A stretch of 64,000 nt of DNA. Origin: the human T2T-CHM13v2.0 reference genome, Homo sapiens. A program made the position numbers and the translations under genes. Positions 44,081 through 60,200 of the stretch are shown one piece after another. The DNA lies in the NCBI RefSeq assembly GCF_009914755.1, contig NC_060929.1, one strand, 5' to 3'. The notes under the pieces were generated by a model. The model was given only the letters and a program-made list of their open reading frames with translations, had not been told where the DNA came from and did no database searches. Position 1 is the stretch's first letter, and each line of letters starts with the position of its first letter.

Positions 44081-44500
44081 CAGTTGATCCTTGAACAACA
44101 CAGCAGTTACGGGTGCTGAGCCCTAGACAGTTGAAAATGTGTGTATAAATTGTGGATCCCTCAGAACTTAACTACTTATAGCCCACAGTTGACTGTTAAC
44201 ATGTATCTTTATGCTATGTGTATTATATACTGTATTCTTACAATAAAGTAAGCCAGATAAAAGAAAATGTTATTAAGAAAACCAATAAGGAAGGTAAAGA
44301 AAGGAAGACAAAATATATTTACTATTTATTAAGTGAAAGTGGATCATCATAAAGGTCTTCATCCTTGTCATCTTCACGTTGAGTAGTTATGATGAAGAAG
44401 AGGGGTTGATCTTGCTGTCTCTGGGGTGGCAGAGGCGGAAGAAAATCTGCCTATAAGTGGTTCCACACAGTTCAAACCTGTGTCATCAAAAAGTCAGCTG
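44081..44500 (+). mobile_element. Tigger2a DNA transposon (second copy)
   Basis: cagttgatccttgaacaacac...aagtcagctg-TA; colinear with 27132-27552. Confidence 0.88.
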
Positions 44501-44659
44501 TACTGTTTACTATGAAAGAAAAACTAAAGGGAACTATTATTTCTCACTTACATCATATAAAATAGATTTAAGCCCCTCTCTTCTAATCCAAAGTAAAAGA
44601 GATTTAAAAAAGTAGAGATAAGAAAAAGCAAAGATCCTGAATCTACTACTTATTAAATA

Positions 44660-44912
44660 TTTTTTAATTGACAGGTAAAATTTGTATATATTTATCATAT
44701 TCAATATGTTGTTTTTAAATATGTATCCATTGTGGGATGGTTAAATGTAGCTAAAATCTCACTTAGATGTGAAATCCAAAAAAAAAATTGAGCTATAGAA
44801 CTAGAGAGTAAAATGGTAATTACTAGAGGCTGGGTGTGGGTAGGGAGTAGTTAGTCAAAGGGCACAACATTTTACTCAGGAGAAATAAATAAATTTGAGA
44901 GATCTATTACAA
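44660..44912 (-). mobile_element. Short L1MA 3' end with 5' inversion
   Basis: 44660-44754 antisense terminus; 44755-44912 sense upstream 3'UTR (tctcacttagatgtgaaatcc, tagagagtaaaatggtaattactagaggctggg). Confidence 0.7.
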
Positions 44913-45499
44913 CTACTTTTTTATAATCTTATGCTAACCAGTTTTTTTCTTCTGTTTCCAAAGAATTTTGGTGTTTATAAATTAAAAACACACACACATA
45001 CACACAGAGCTGTGGGATGATTTCAGGTAGGAGATTAAATTTACCCTGGGCCACAGGTAGCTTAACTTCTTAACATTCCACTTTAATAGAAACTTTATGG
45101 GTTTGCTATATGTCTTGTACATGTTACAAATATTCCTGCATTTCAGAAATATTTATTAACCACCTACAACGTGCCAGACATCCCTCTCTTTGTTTCTTAG
45201 CATAGAGTGGCTGTCCCTTTTATTCAACTCATATGTAGAAGTATAAAGTATCACTTGTGTACTTTAAAATCACATTATATTCATTTACTGTTAATGTTCT
45301 ATTTATTAAAATGAATTTAATGAAAAGATGTCAGCTATAACTTGTTTATCCTGTTGATACCAAACTTCTTGCATCTAGTTACCAAGGCTCCTGCTAAACC
45401 TCCATAGGCTTAGTTTGGATTCCTGGAAAGTGACCCCGTCACAACGGACATCGTTTTGGATATTTTGTACTTTTATTTTTTATATTTTCCTTAGATAAA

Positions 45500-46650
45500 T
45501 GTATACATCCCTATGTTTCTGATGTCTACCCATAAGCTGATGACTCCCTAATCAATTTTTTCCACCAAGACTACATCCTGAATTCTACATCCAAATACTT
45601 ACTGAGCACTTCTACTTGAATGACGTCTAGTAACCACAAATTCAACATGTACTTGACTGGACCCAGTGCAATCATCTTATCACAAACTGTAAATACTTAA
45701 TTAATAGAGCAAACCAGAATCATAGGTATCATTCTCAACTCTTTAATAACTTTCCACCTAAGATATGATTTTTACAACTACTTTCATTTGGTCTTCCTAA
45801 ATATTCCTGAATTTATTCCTTTCACTCTGTTCTTGCTGCCACATCCTTAGTTTGGACAATGATAATTTCCCTGAAGTTTTATTTTAAAATAAACCTTGCC
45901 TCCCACCATTTTACTTCTTTGCTAAAACATTATTCAACATCTCTCTTATTGTCTTTATAATGCAATCTATTCTCCTACGTATGACAAACAAGAATTTCAT
46001 GTCATATGACTGTGTATAAATGTGTTATACTAAGGATAATATTTCTCTTCTCTTTTGAGGTGACCCCTGTGTCACTCTGCAGCATCATTCCACACAATCT
46101 TAACTACCCTATGCCCCAACCATTGGGGCATAAAGTTGATTTATTTCCTATGCCTTCTATCAACTTAATTCCTGGAAAACATACTTAAAGCCTCCACTCT
46201 GAATGTTTCTCTTCTGTTAGCCTTCCGTGGCCACCTAAAGTAGAGGTGATAACTTTCTGCTTATAAAATTTCAGCACAAAATAAGTTAAGTCTTTATTAT
46301 ACTCCTTCATGATTCTTCTAAATCAGAATTTCTCAATCTCAGCACTATTGATTGACATTTCAGTTGGGCAGATTTATGTTGTGAAAGGCATTCCTGTTCC
46401 TTGTAAGATGTTTAGCAACAATCTGTATCTTTACCCAATAGCACCCTACCCCAAATTTCACATCAGAACGTATCAAAAGATTTTAAATGTCCCCTAAAGC
46501 CCAGTGTTATCTCAAATTGAGAGCTACTGCTCTAAATATATGTCTTTCTGATTTATGTCTTGTGGTAGCCCTTGGCACTTAAATACAGTACCTAACCCAT
46601 GAAAGGCACGATATAGATCATCGTAGTTTCAATGAATAAAAATGAGTAAG
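45500..46650. mobile_element. L2 fragments
   Basis: gctgatgactccctaatc, tctacttgaatgacgtct, aaattcaacatgt, aatgaataaa. Confidence 0.55.
46324..46529 (+). mobile_element. MER20 (hAT-Charlie)
   Basis: cagaatttctcaatctcagcactattga...ttgagagctactg; 8-bp TSD TTCTAAAT/CTCTAAAT. Confidence 0.85.
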
Positions 46651-48724
46651 TATTTAAATATATTCTTGAATAATTTTTCCAATGAAAACTTCAGGCTACA
46701 TATTATTTGCCCACTATTTTTCTAAATTGTAGCATGGGTAGAGTTTACTGTAGTTTGCCTCAGTTGTGTTAAAACAGAGTCAAGAAGGAAAATTTTACTT
46801 GCTGTCAAACAGTCCTTACCCTGATTCATATGTTAATTAATCTATGAATTCATTCAGTGCTTAGGTGAGTATTTCCTAGAGTCCTATACCTGAACTTGGT
46901 GCTGGGGAAACAGAAATTAAAGAATATTCAGGTGCAGCTCAATATCTAAAGCAGGGTGTAGACATATGAAGAAATAATTATAATATAATGTGATTAGTTC
47001 ATAAAACTCAAATAGATTTTCAGCAAAATCTTTCTTGTTTTTCAGGGTGATTTCTTTTTCAGCAAAAACCCTACAAGTTTGATCTAGCTTGAACTGATTT
47101 TGTACTTTATGTATTCGAAGTAGACATATTCACTTTGAAGCAAAAAACTCCTTGCCTTTATTTTTCTATTATGATGGGAAGATGCTTTCCGATTGAAATT
47201 GCTTCACCTTACCAGTTGCTTGAGGTCTTTACTTATAAACAGATATAGATGCATGTTGCGTTGGAAAAAAAGGATGAATCTGAGACCAGACTGACCAAAA
47301 TTTGGGCAAAACAAATAAGAAAATGTGGATTAGTTCCCAAACACGTTAACCACTTTGTGCAGTATATAGCCCATATGAAAAATATTTTTGAAATTCCTTT
47401 GGATAATTAATTAGTATGATATGGATTGTGATAAGTGTGTTTTAGGCATCCTGTTGTTTAGTGGTTATGTCATGAGTTGATGTGAGCTTGTGTGTGTGTA
47501 TACATGTACACAAACATACAGATATTTTTATTTATTGCATCTATTGGACAGAGTATTTGATTAATTAGACCACTTTATTCTCTGATCATGTAAGATTAAA
47601 GCAGATGGCATCATGTTAAATGTAAAATTAACAGTATATTTGTGAGACAAAGAGTTTTACACTAGGCCTGTTACGTGGATTAACATATTGCAGCCTCACA
47701 AACCACAAAACTATTAAGAAAGTTATTTGTATCTTCTACATGCAACTGATTTAATTTAATGATTGTTTTTCTGAGTGTGTAATTGCAAGATGGTAGAAAG
47801 AGGAAAATGGTATAAAGCAAACAGCTTAATTCTCTTAAGAGGAAACTGAAAGTTTTCATGGAGTTGGTTGCATTTAAAACAGGCCTTGAAAGATAAGAAT
47901 AACTTAAGTAGGTTATTAAGTGAGCATTCCTTGAAAGAGGGAATTTGTGAGGGAAGAAAAAAAAGTATGGGAAAAAGCATAGGGATAGATAGGCAACCGT
48001 GGGGCATATAAAATTAATGCTAATTATTAAGTTATTATTTAGTAAATATTTCTCATTTCATGAAATTAAACACAAATACTAAAACAGAGAGGGCACAGAG
48101 TTTTCGGACTGAAAAACTCTTGTGGATTTGAACTGAGATTAGCAGTTGGTGGTTGACAAACCGCTGTTCAATATTATACACACATACATGTATATATCTT
48201 CAAAGTGCTTTAAAATATTAGCCAATTTTAAGTAACAAATCTCATAAAATACAATTTCCAACTTTTCTTTAAAAGATTGAACTTATCAAATATAAAAATA
48301 CAGTTTTTGGTTTTTTTTTGTCACCTTATAAGAAATCTCCTGTCCTCCTCTTTCCCCAAATGACAGGCATTGTGACTGTCAGGAAAGACCCTCTGCATCA
48401 TTACACCACACAACATCCTAGAAACTTCTAACCCAAGGAAGCGGAGGCAGAACCCTAGGGTCTGGACTCAACTGTCTTCCTCTTCCTTCGGAGTCTATAT
48501 TCTACTCTTACTTCCTAGAAGTCTAATGTAATAAAATGTCCCCTTTGGGCAAAACATATCTCTGCTTTCTCCCAGGTTTTCTGCTATTGTGTTGACGAGC
48601 ATAAGAACTCTATTTCGAGTAACACTATCTCTTCTCCCCAAATTTCTAAGTTTTTCAGGAAACCAAATGTTATTTTGCTGTAACAACATCTTTTGTATTA
48701 GAAACATGTAAGTATCAATAATGC

Positions 48725-49017
48725 GTCCGGGCGCCGCTGCTCCCGCCTGTAATCCCTGCACTTTTCAAGGGGGGCACATCACCTGAGGTCAGGAGTTGGA
48801 GACCAGCCCGGCCAACGTGGCAAAACTCCGTCTCTACTAAAAATGCAAAAATTAGCTGGGCGTGGTGGCGCGCGCCTGTAATCCCAGCTACTCCGGAAAC
48901 TGAGGGAGGAGAATCTCTTGAACCTCGGAGGCAAAGGTTGCAGGGAGCCGAGATCGTGCCATGCACTCCAGCCTAGCGACAGAGCTAGACTCCGTCTAAC
49001 AACAACAACCAAAAAAA
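48725..49017 (+). mobile_element. AluSx-like, full length
   Basis: cacctgaggtcaggagtt, ggttgcag; (AAC)n/A tail. Confidence 0.9.
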
Positions 49018-51489
49018 GCATTTTACCAAATGTTAGAATAATTACATTTTAAAAGCTAAAAAACTTAGCAAGCATGTTATTATAGAAGGCTTCATATTAA
49101 GACATAATGATCAAGTTTCAAATAAAATCAAGTTAAATAATGCTATCAGATACTGTGTTTTACTTTTAATTTATTTCAATTGCTTCTATTTATAAAATCT
49201 GCTGTTTTACTCACATTTGCTATGATATGATTTTCCTATATATCAAAGACCACCACCAATAGTGTAATAAATATATTGCTGTATAAAATGTGCATACACT
49301 AAGTGGTCCTGACTAGAGTCAGGAATACTAATAGGGGATTGCTTTGTCTTTATCTTTGCATTTTCGAATGACACAAATGTTGCCTCAAATTTTATAATAA
49401 AGAAAAACCTTAAAATACTTTTGTGGAGAAAAGCGTTAATGTTTAAAAAGCAAAATATTGTTTCGGTAATTAATATGATGTTGGCTATTAGGAGAATTAT
49501 AAATTGTATTTTAATTACTTAATATTAGTCTACAAATGTGGAGCTCTCTTATATTCATGCCCAAACATACTCAAAGAATATGTGATTAACTTTCTGTTAT
49601 ATCTCCAAGATATTCTGCTTGAAAAGATGCTGTGATTGATTACAAGTCTGCAAACCAATATCTTCCTGCATCAAAATTCAAGTGCATTACCGTAGCACAG
49701 AAGGGTGTTATGGCAGATGTCATCCAACTGCTTCGTAGCTGCATGATCGATGGTGCGAATGGTGATTGATGTTATTGACATGCCCTGGCACCTAAAATAG
49801 AGTGTATATGTATGTGTGCCAGAGGGAGGGAGGGGCTCATATTCGGATTTTAAAAATGCAAAACTATAGGGCCTGAAAAATAATTGACCACAGAAAAGGA
49901 GTGAAGTGAATAATGAAAGTAATAGTTGCTTTTGAAAAGAACAAATATAGGTCCAGCAAGAAATATGGTTGCAGAGAAAAACAGAACAGTTTTGTTTTAC
50001 TAAGCTGAAAATATATGTGGCTTTCCCTTTCCAACCATGTTTTTATTTTACTTAGTTTCATTATCTGTGTAAGTAAAAGTGGGGCTAGAAAGTGGTGCTC
50101 TTGTTTAACAGAAATGACATTTTATCTGTCACACTTCACCAGTGGACAAATGAGGAAAAGGAAAAAGAGATATTGAAGGACTTAGGATTAGAAAGTAAAT
50201 TGCATCTGGTATAACAATTTTGAACCAAATTTTATCTAAAGTATTATCTGATTGTGAGCTGTAAAACATATAGATAAAGAAATAGGTTAGAAATCTGTTG
50301 ATATTAATTTTGTATATTCAGTTTAGAAAAACTTATTTTAAAACTTATTTTAAGAATGGGAACAAATTAGCTCAGTCAGGAAAGCCTTTTTAGAAAAGAC
50401 TCATTAAACAGTGAGTCTCACATATAAATGTAAGAAATTTTACACCAGCCACATGAATAAGGAAACTTGATAGACATTATTTTTAAAAAGGGGAAAGAGG
50501 AACATGATCGCAAGACACATTATACAGTGAAGAATGCTAATTACAAATGAAGTCATTGCACAGACATTAAGCATTATTGATTATATTTATTTCAGTGTTT
50601 TTTTCAACTGGGAAAACGTTACTGATTCTTTGCTGTGGAGATATAAAACTATTCATTTCTTTTTGCATTCCTTAGAAACCATAAACAAAACTGTACAGAA
50701 AATGCACAGGATATCACATTGCAAAGTAGATAATATGGTTAATTTTCAAATATATGAAGCTAGATCTTGACATTCTAGAAAAAACACCTAAATAAAATTA
50801 TGAAAGGTGTATTTTATCTTTATATTTATGCATATTTATAGAATTTAAAAAATACCCATGTGTTATCTAAGATATATTGAACAATTGTCATATTCCGGGG
50901 CCTGTTCTAAGCATGATAGATATAAATTCCTGGCCATGTTAATACACATACATACACACACGTGCTACACTAAATTAATAACTACAAATCTATATGAGGT
51001 AACTGTAAATGCTGTTATCCACAATATACCAATGAAACAAACGAAGGAAAGAAAAGGTAGGTACCTTGGCCAGTGTTCCACAGGAAGTTTGTGGATGAAC
51101 GAAGATTGCTACTTAGGTGGTCTGCTTTCTGGGGCTGCAACCTTAAATGCATGCACGATGTAGTTTGCAAATTACAGAAAAGCAAAGACCAAAGAAATTA
51201 TTATCATTATCCAAAAGCCCACTATTTATATATATTAGGAAAACACATATATTTTTTTTTCTAGTTAATTTTTTTTTTATTATTATACTTTAAGTTTTAG
51301 GGTACATGTGCACATTGTGCAGGTTAGTTACATATGTATACATGTGCCATGCTGGTGCGCTGCACCCACTAACTCATCATCTAGCATTAGGTATATCTCC
51401 CAGTGCTATCCCTCCCCGCTCCCGCCACCCCACCACAGTCCCCAGAGTGTGATATTCCCCTTCCTGTGTCCATGTGATCTCATTGTTCA

Positions 51490-55340
<3,851 letters not shown>

Positions 55341-55376
55341 TTAGTTGATGCAGTTTCTTCCTAGTCTTGATGGTCT

Positions 55377-56388
55377 TTACATTTTGGAATGATTTTGCAG
55401 CGGCTGGTACCAGTTGTTCCTTTGCATGTTTAGCGCTTCCTTCAGGAGCTCTTTTAGGGCAGGCTTGGTGGTGACAAAATCTCTCAGCATTTGCTTGTCT
55501 GTAAAGTATTTTATTTCTCCTTTACTTATGAAGCTTAGTTTGGCTGGATATGAAATTCTGGGTTGAAAATTCTTTTCTTTAAGAATGTTGAATGTTGGCC
55601 CCCACTCTCTTCTGGCTTGTAGGGTTTCTGCCGAGAGATCTGCTGTTAGTCTGATGGGCTTCCCTTTGAGGGTAACCCAACCTTTCTCTCTGGCTGCCCT
55701 TAACATTTTTTCCTTCAACTTTGGTGAATCTGACAATTATGTGTCTTGGAGTTGCTCTTCTCGAGGAGTATCTTTGTGGCATTCTCTGTATTTCCTGAAT
55801 CTGAACGTTGGCCTGCCTTGCTAGATTGGGGAAGTTCTCCTGGATAATATCCTGCAGAGTGTTTTCCAACTTGGTTCCATTCTCCCCATCACTTTCAGGT
55901 ACACCAATCAGACGTAGATTTGGTCTTTTCACATAGTCCCATATTTCTTGGAGGCTTTGCTCATTTCTTTTTATTCTTTTTTCTCTAGACTTCCCTTCTC
56001 ACTTCATTTCATTCATTTCATCTTCCATTGCTGATACCCTTTCTTCCAGTTGATCGCATCGGCTCCTGAGGCTTCTGCATTCTTCACGTAGTTCTCGAGC
56101 CTTGGTTTTCAGCTCCATCAGCTGCTTTAAGCACTTCTCTGTATTGGTTATTCTAGTTATACATTCTTCTAAATTTTTTTCAAAGTTTTCAACTTCTTTG
56201 CCTTTGGTTTGAATGTCCTCCCATAGCTCAGAGTAATTTGATCATCTGAAGCCTTCTTCTCTCAGCTCATCAAAGTCATTCTCCATCCAGCTTTGTTCCA
56301 TTGCTGGTGAGGAACTGCGTTCCTTTGGAGGAGGAGAGGCACTCTGCGTTTTAGCGTTTCCAGTTTTTCTGCTCTGTTTTTTCCCCAT
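55377..56388 (-). pseudogene. L1 ORF1, disrupted
   Basis: ATG at 56388 (MGKKQ); TGA stops at ~56242 and 55999-56001; 5-nt deletion near 55713. Confidence 0.92.
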
Positions 56389-57294
56389 CTTTGTGGTTTT
56401 ATCTACTTTTGGTCTTTGATGATGGTGATGTACAGATGGGTTTTTGGTGTGGATGTCCTTTCTGTTTGTTAGTTTTCCTTCTAACAGACAGGACCCTCAG
56501 CTGTAGGTCTGTTGGAATACCCTGCAGTGTGAAGTGTCAGTGTGCCTCTGCTGGGGGGTGCCTCCCAGTTAGGCTGCTTGGGGGTCAGGGGTCAGGGACC
56601 CACTTGAGGAGGCAGTCTGCCCGTACTCAGATCTCCAGCTGCGTTCTGGGAGAACCACTGCTCTCTTCAAAGCTGTCAGACAGGGACATTTAAGTCTGCA
56701 GAGGTTACTTCTGTCTTTTTGTTTGTCTGTGCCCTGCCCCCAGAGGTGGAGCCTACAGAGGCAGGCAGGCCTCCTTGAGCTGTGGTGGGCTCCACCCACT
56801 TCGAGCTTCCTGGCTGCTTTGTTTACCTAATCAAGCCTGGGCAATGGCGGGTGCCCCTCCCCCAGCCTCGCTGCCGCTTTGCAGTTTGATCTCAGACTGC
56901 TGTGCTAGCAATCAGCGAGACTCCATGGGCGTAGGACCCTGCGAGCCAGGTGCGGGACATAATCTCGTGGTGCGCCGCTTTTTAAGCCGGTCCGAAAAGC
57001 GCAGTATTCGGGTGGGAGTGACCCGATTTTCCAAGTGCGTCCGTCACCCCTTTCTTTTACTCAGAAAGGGAACTCCCTGACCCCTTGCGCTTCCCAAGTG
57101 AGGCAATGCCTCACCCTGCTTCGGCTCGCGCACGGTGCGCGCACCCACTGACCTGCGCCCACTGTCTGGCACTCCGTAGTGAGATGAACCCGCTACCTCA
57201 GATGGAAATGCAGAAATCACCTGTCTTCTGCCTCGCTCACGCTGGGAGCTGTAGACGGAAGCTGTTCCTATTCGGCCATCTTGGCTCCTTCCCC
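56389..57294. promoter_or_regulatory. L1 5'UTR with sense and antisense promoters, CpG-rich
   Basis: Intact YY1 site (GGCCATCTT 57274-57282); many retained CpGs 56840-57280. Confidence 0.85.
56844..57080 (+). CDS. ORF0: L1 ORF0, 78-aa extended variant (translation not demonstrated)
   Basis: gcaATGG context; MAGAPPPASLPLCSLISDCCASNQRDS...CVRHPFL+LLRKGTP. Confidence 0.75.
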   Translation: MAGAPPPASLPLCSLISDCCASNQRDSMGVGPCEPGAGHNLVVRRFLSRSEKRSIRVGVTRFSKCVRHPFLLLRKGTP

Positions 57295-60200
57295 GGGGAA
57301 ACACATATAATGTTTTAAAAGTATTCTGATCTCTGGATTCTTAACTTGGAGGCCATGGATAGGCTTAAAACTCATCCAAAATGTTTTGTGTGCTTTTGTT
57401 TTTTTGTAGAGGAAGTTTCCAAAACTTTCTTCTAATTCTCAAAGAGATAGTAGAACAATTAATCTAATCTCAATCTCTAAATTCACCTGTGAGAAAAATG
57501 AGACCTGGATCTGTTGCTAGATCTATGAACAGACCAACTATGAGACCTTGGCCAGCACTCAGCCTTCTGCTGGGAGGAAGGGTCAGTGCTGCCTAGAGAA
57601 AAGAGCACTAGACTCAGAGAAAGCAAGGACAAAGCACAGAGCTTGTGGGAGAAACCATCACGGACTCAGACTTCTCCTGGCACTCAGGTGTCTGCTTTGC
57701 TTTCTCTTCACTCCTCCTTGTTGTATTACCCCATCTCTCACTGCAGAAATTTACTTTACTTTTTGATATACAAGATACTGAGACTGCATCTGTCAAATTT
57801 TCACTGCCAAAATTATTTTGCAAAACTCAGTTTTATATACTCGTGTGGTTGTTTCTCTTTGTTTTTCACTAACATTGAAAGCAAATCTACAGGAAATACT
57901 TTTTTTTGCTTGGAAGAGGAATAGAGATTATAATCTAATTTGGTAAGTACATTTATGAAATACTAGGACGCTAAATATTCTGCATTAATTTGGGGAGGTG
58001 GCCTTTTAAATTTTAATTGTCAGAAGCTACATTTCCTACTGACTTATTTAACAGCCTGAAGTCTTTCTAAATAAAAGCAAATTTTAGTGCAATATATAGA
58101 CAACCTTAATCCAGACAACAATATAATAGTTCAGCAGCCAATCCTGAAAAGATTATTCAGGATGCAATCCAGTGCTACTGGTAACTGTATACCTCACTGG
58201 AGATAAACCCAGAATAAATAACATGCTTGATGCTTCTAATTCCTTAAAATCAACATAAAAACCTTGCGAACTATTTCATGCCAGGTTTGACAGGTGGTGA
58301 TAGTGTTTGAGGAGGCATAGGATATACTGCAGTGATAGCAATGAATGGTGCAGCATTTGAGGTGTGCTTGGGTAGAGAGCAAAACAAGCCTGAAGAAGTT
58401 AAATTGAAGTGCTTCACAGCATATCACTTTGCTGAGCTGCCTTTAAACTACCTTAAAATATTTTCCACTTTTGGAAAGTTTCAGAGATCAGCAATGCATA
58501 GAATGGCATTCAGATGAAAATATGGATGATAGTTGTACAAAATTAAGAGTTTGAAGAGCATAAAAAATGCTGCTGAAATATTTTTTAAGAATCTGTGATC
58601 TCACCAGCTTTGTGAAATCTTTGTAATGTTTCAGATTTATTAATTCTACTAATTGCATGCTTTTGCTTTGTCTGTGTGCATTATGAACCCTCTCCTGTCC
58701 ATGCTCATATCAAGTCAGATAAGAAGTATAAGTTTTAGTTACAGGAAACTGTTCAGTGAATAGAATTATGATAATCAGAATAAAGACATCATTTTATGAA
58801 GTATTTTGTATCATTTAAGTACTATTTTAGCTACTAAGCATAGAAACACACTAAATGTTCAGAATATGCTTCCAGAATTAAATTTTAAAGTTAATAGTAC
58901 TGTCAGGAGATTCCCTCTTAAAAAAGAACAGAAAATGATAAATTGAAAAGATAATCTGGACCAATCACAAAATAAGGGGTTATATAAAAGTTTCATGCTC
59001 TTATTTTCTTGAGCAAGAAAAACATTTTAAAATAATATATTCAACTTGTTTAAGAGAAAAATTAATAAATGTGCTTCTACCCTTGTGCCTAGAAATAATT
59101 TTAAAGCCAAGTGAGATTTGTGTCTTTCTTTGCTTCCACTTGGAGTACTACCTGTGACTTTTGGAAGAATTTCTGTATATTTTGTGTCTTAAAACATAAA
59201 ATTAATATACCTTTATTGAGTTTCTATTAAAAGTCAGGAATAGTGGTCAATGTGAGGTTTTTTATCAAAGATGTGTAAGGGATGGTCTCAGTGCTCAGGT
59301 TGTCAGGTTATTTATACTTCAGTTGAGAAAGGTTTAAATACAAGATGTTTTAATGCACCCCGAAATAAGATTATAATATTGAAACAATTCAATCTTTCGT
59401 GGATTTCCAAACTTACACCAAGTAAGTTTTCCTGAGATTTAAGTAAAGGAGATCTTGTTTTTTTAGAAGTGTTGGAAAGATAAACAGTCACAGACTAAAA
59501 AATTGACTACTTGAAGAATTGTCTAATTTGGTTTATGATCAATTCAAAAAAGAACATGCTACAAAAATATTATTTAAAAGGTCTTCTCTTTTATTATACA
59601 ATGGAAGCTGTAAACATGGATACTCATTTTGATTGTTCTTTTAAGTCATTTTATAACCTTGGACAATTTTTCTTACTTGCAAATGAGATTTTTTGAAATT
59701 CCTTTTCTTTTAAAATATGTGTATTTTCTCTTTATGGAGAAGCAATAGTGTCAAAATTTAAGCCAATATATGGAATTTCATTTTAGCTATTTTAAAATAC
59801 CAATTTTTGTGGGGGCACTCGATCTCATGTTCTTAAAAAATTATATTTGTAGCCAAGGATGAAGAACAAACACAAAACAATGCAAAAAAGGAAAGGGTTA
59901 TGAAAAACAATTGTGTGTTTCTATATTTTAAAAAATAATTCAATTAGCAAGCAACTGTATATTTCATATTTCATATTCAAAATGGTTTTCTTTTTTGTTT
60001 TATTGAATATTCTTAATATTTCCATTGTTGACAATTTTCACTATCAAGGGTCAATTGTACAAATTTTATTGGGAGAAATGTAAATGCTGCATAGTTTTAA
60101 TTCCATTCTGGAACTTCTTTTGTTTAGTCTTTCTGTATAAATTTTCTATATAGAATAAAATCCATTGTACATATAGATGTTTATGAATTTTTCTCTGATT

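Noticed and set aside
27132-44500. Two ~420-bp homologous segments as LTRs or a segmental duplication
   Set aside because: Independent Tigger2a copies, each with its own TIRs and independent divergence
50325-50352. 12-bp tandem duplication AAAACTTATTTT; similar short repeats near 8121 and 14943
   Set aside because: Ordinary slippage in AT-rich DNA
57548-57924. Four overlapping ORFs
   Set aside because: Short, mostly non-ATG starts, no recognisable homology
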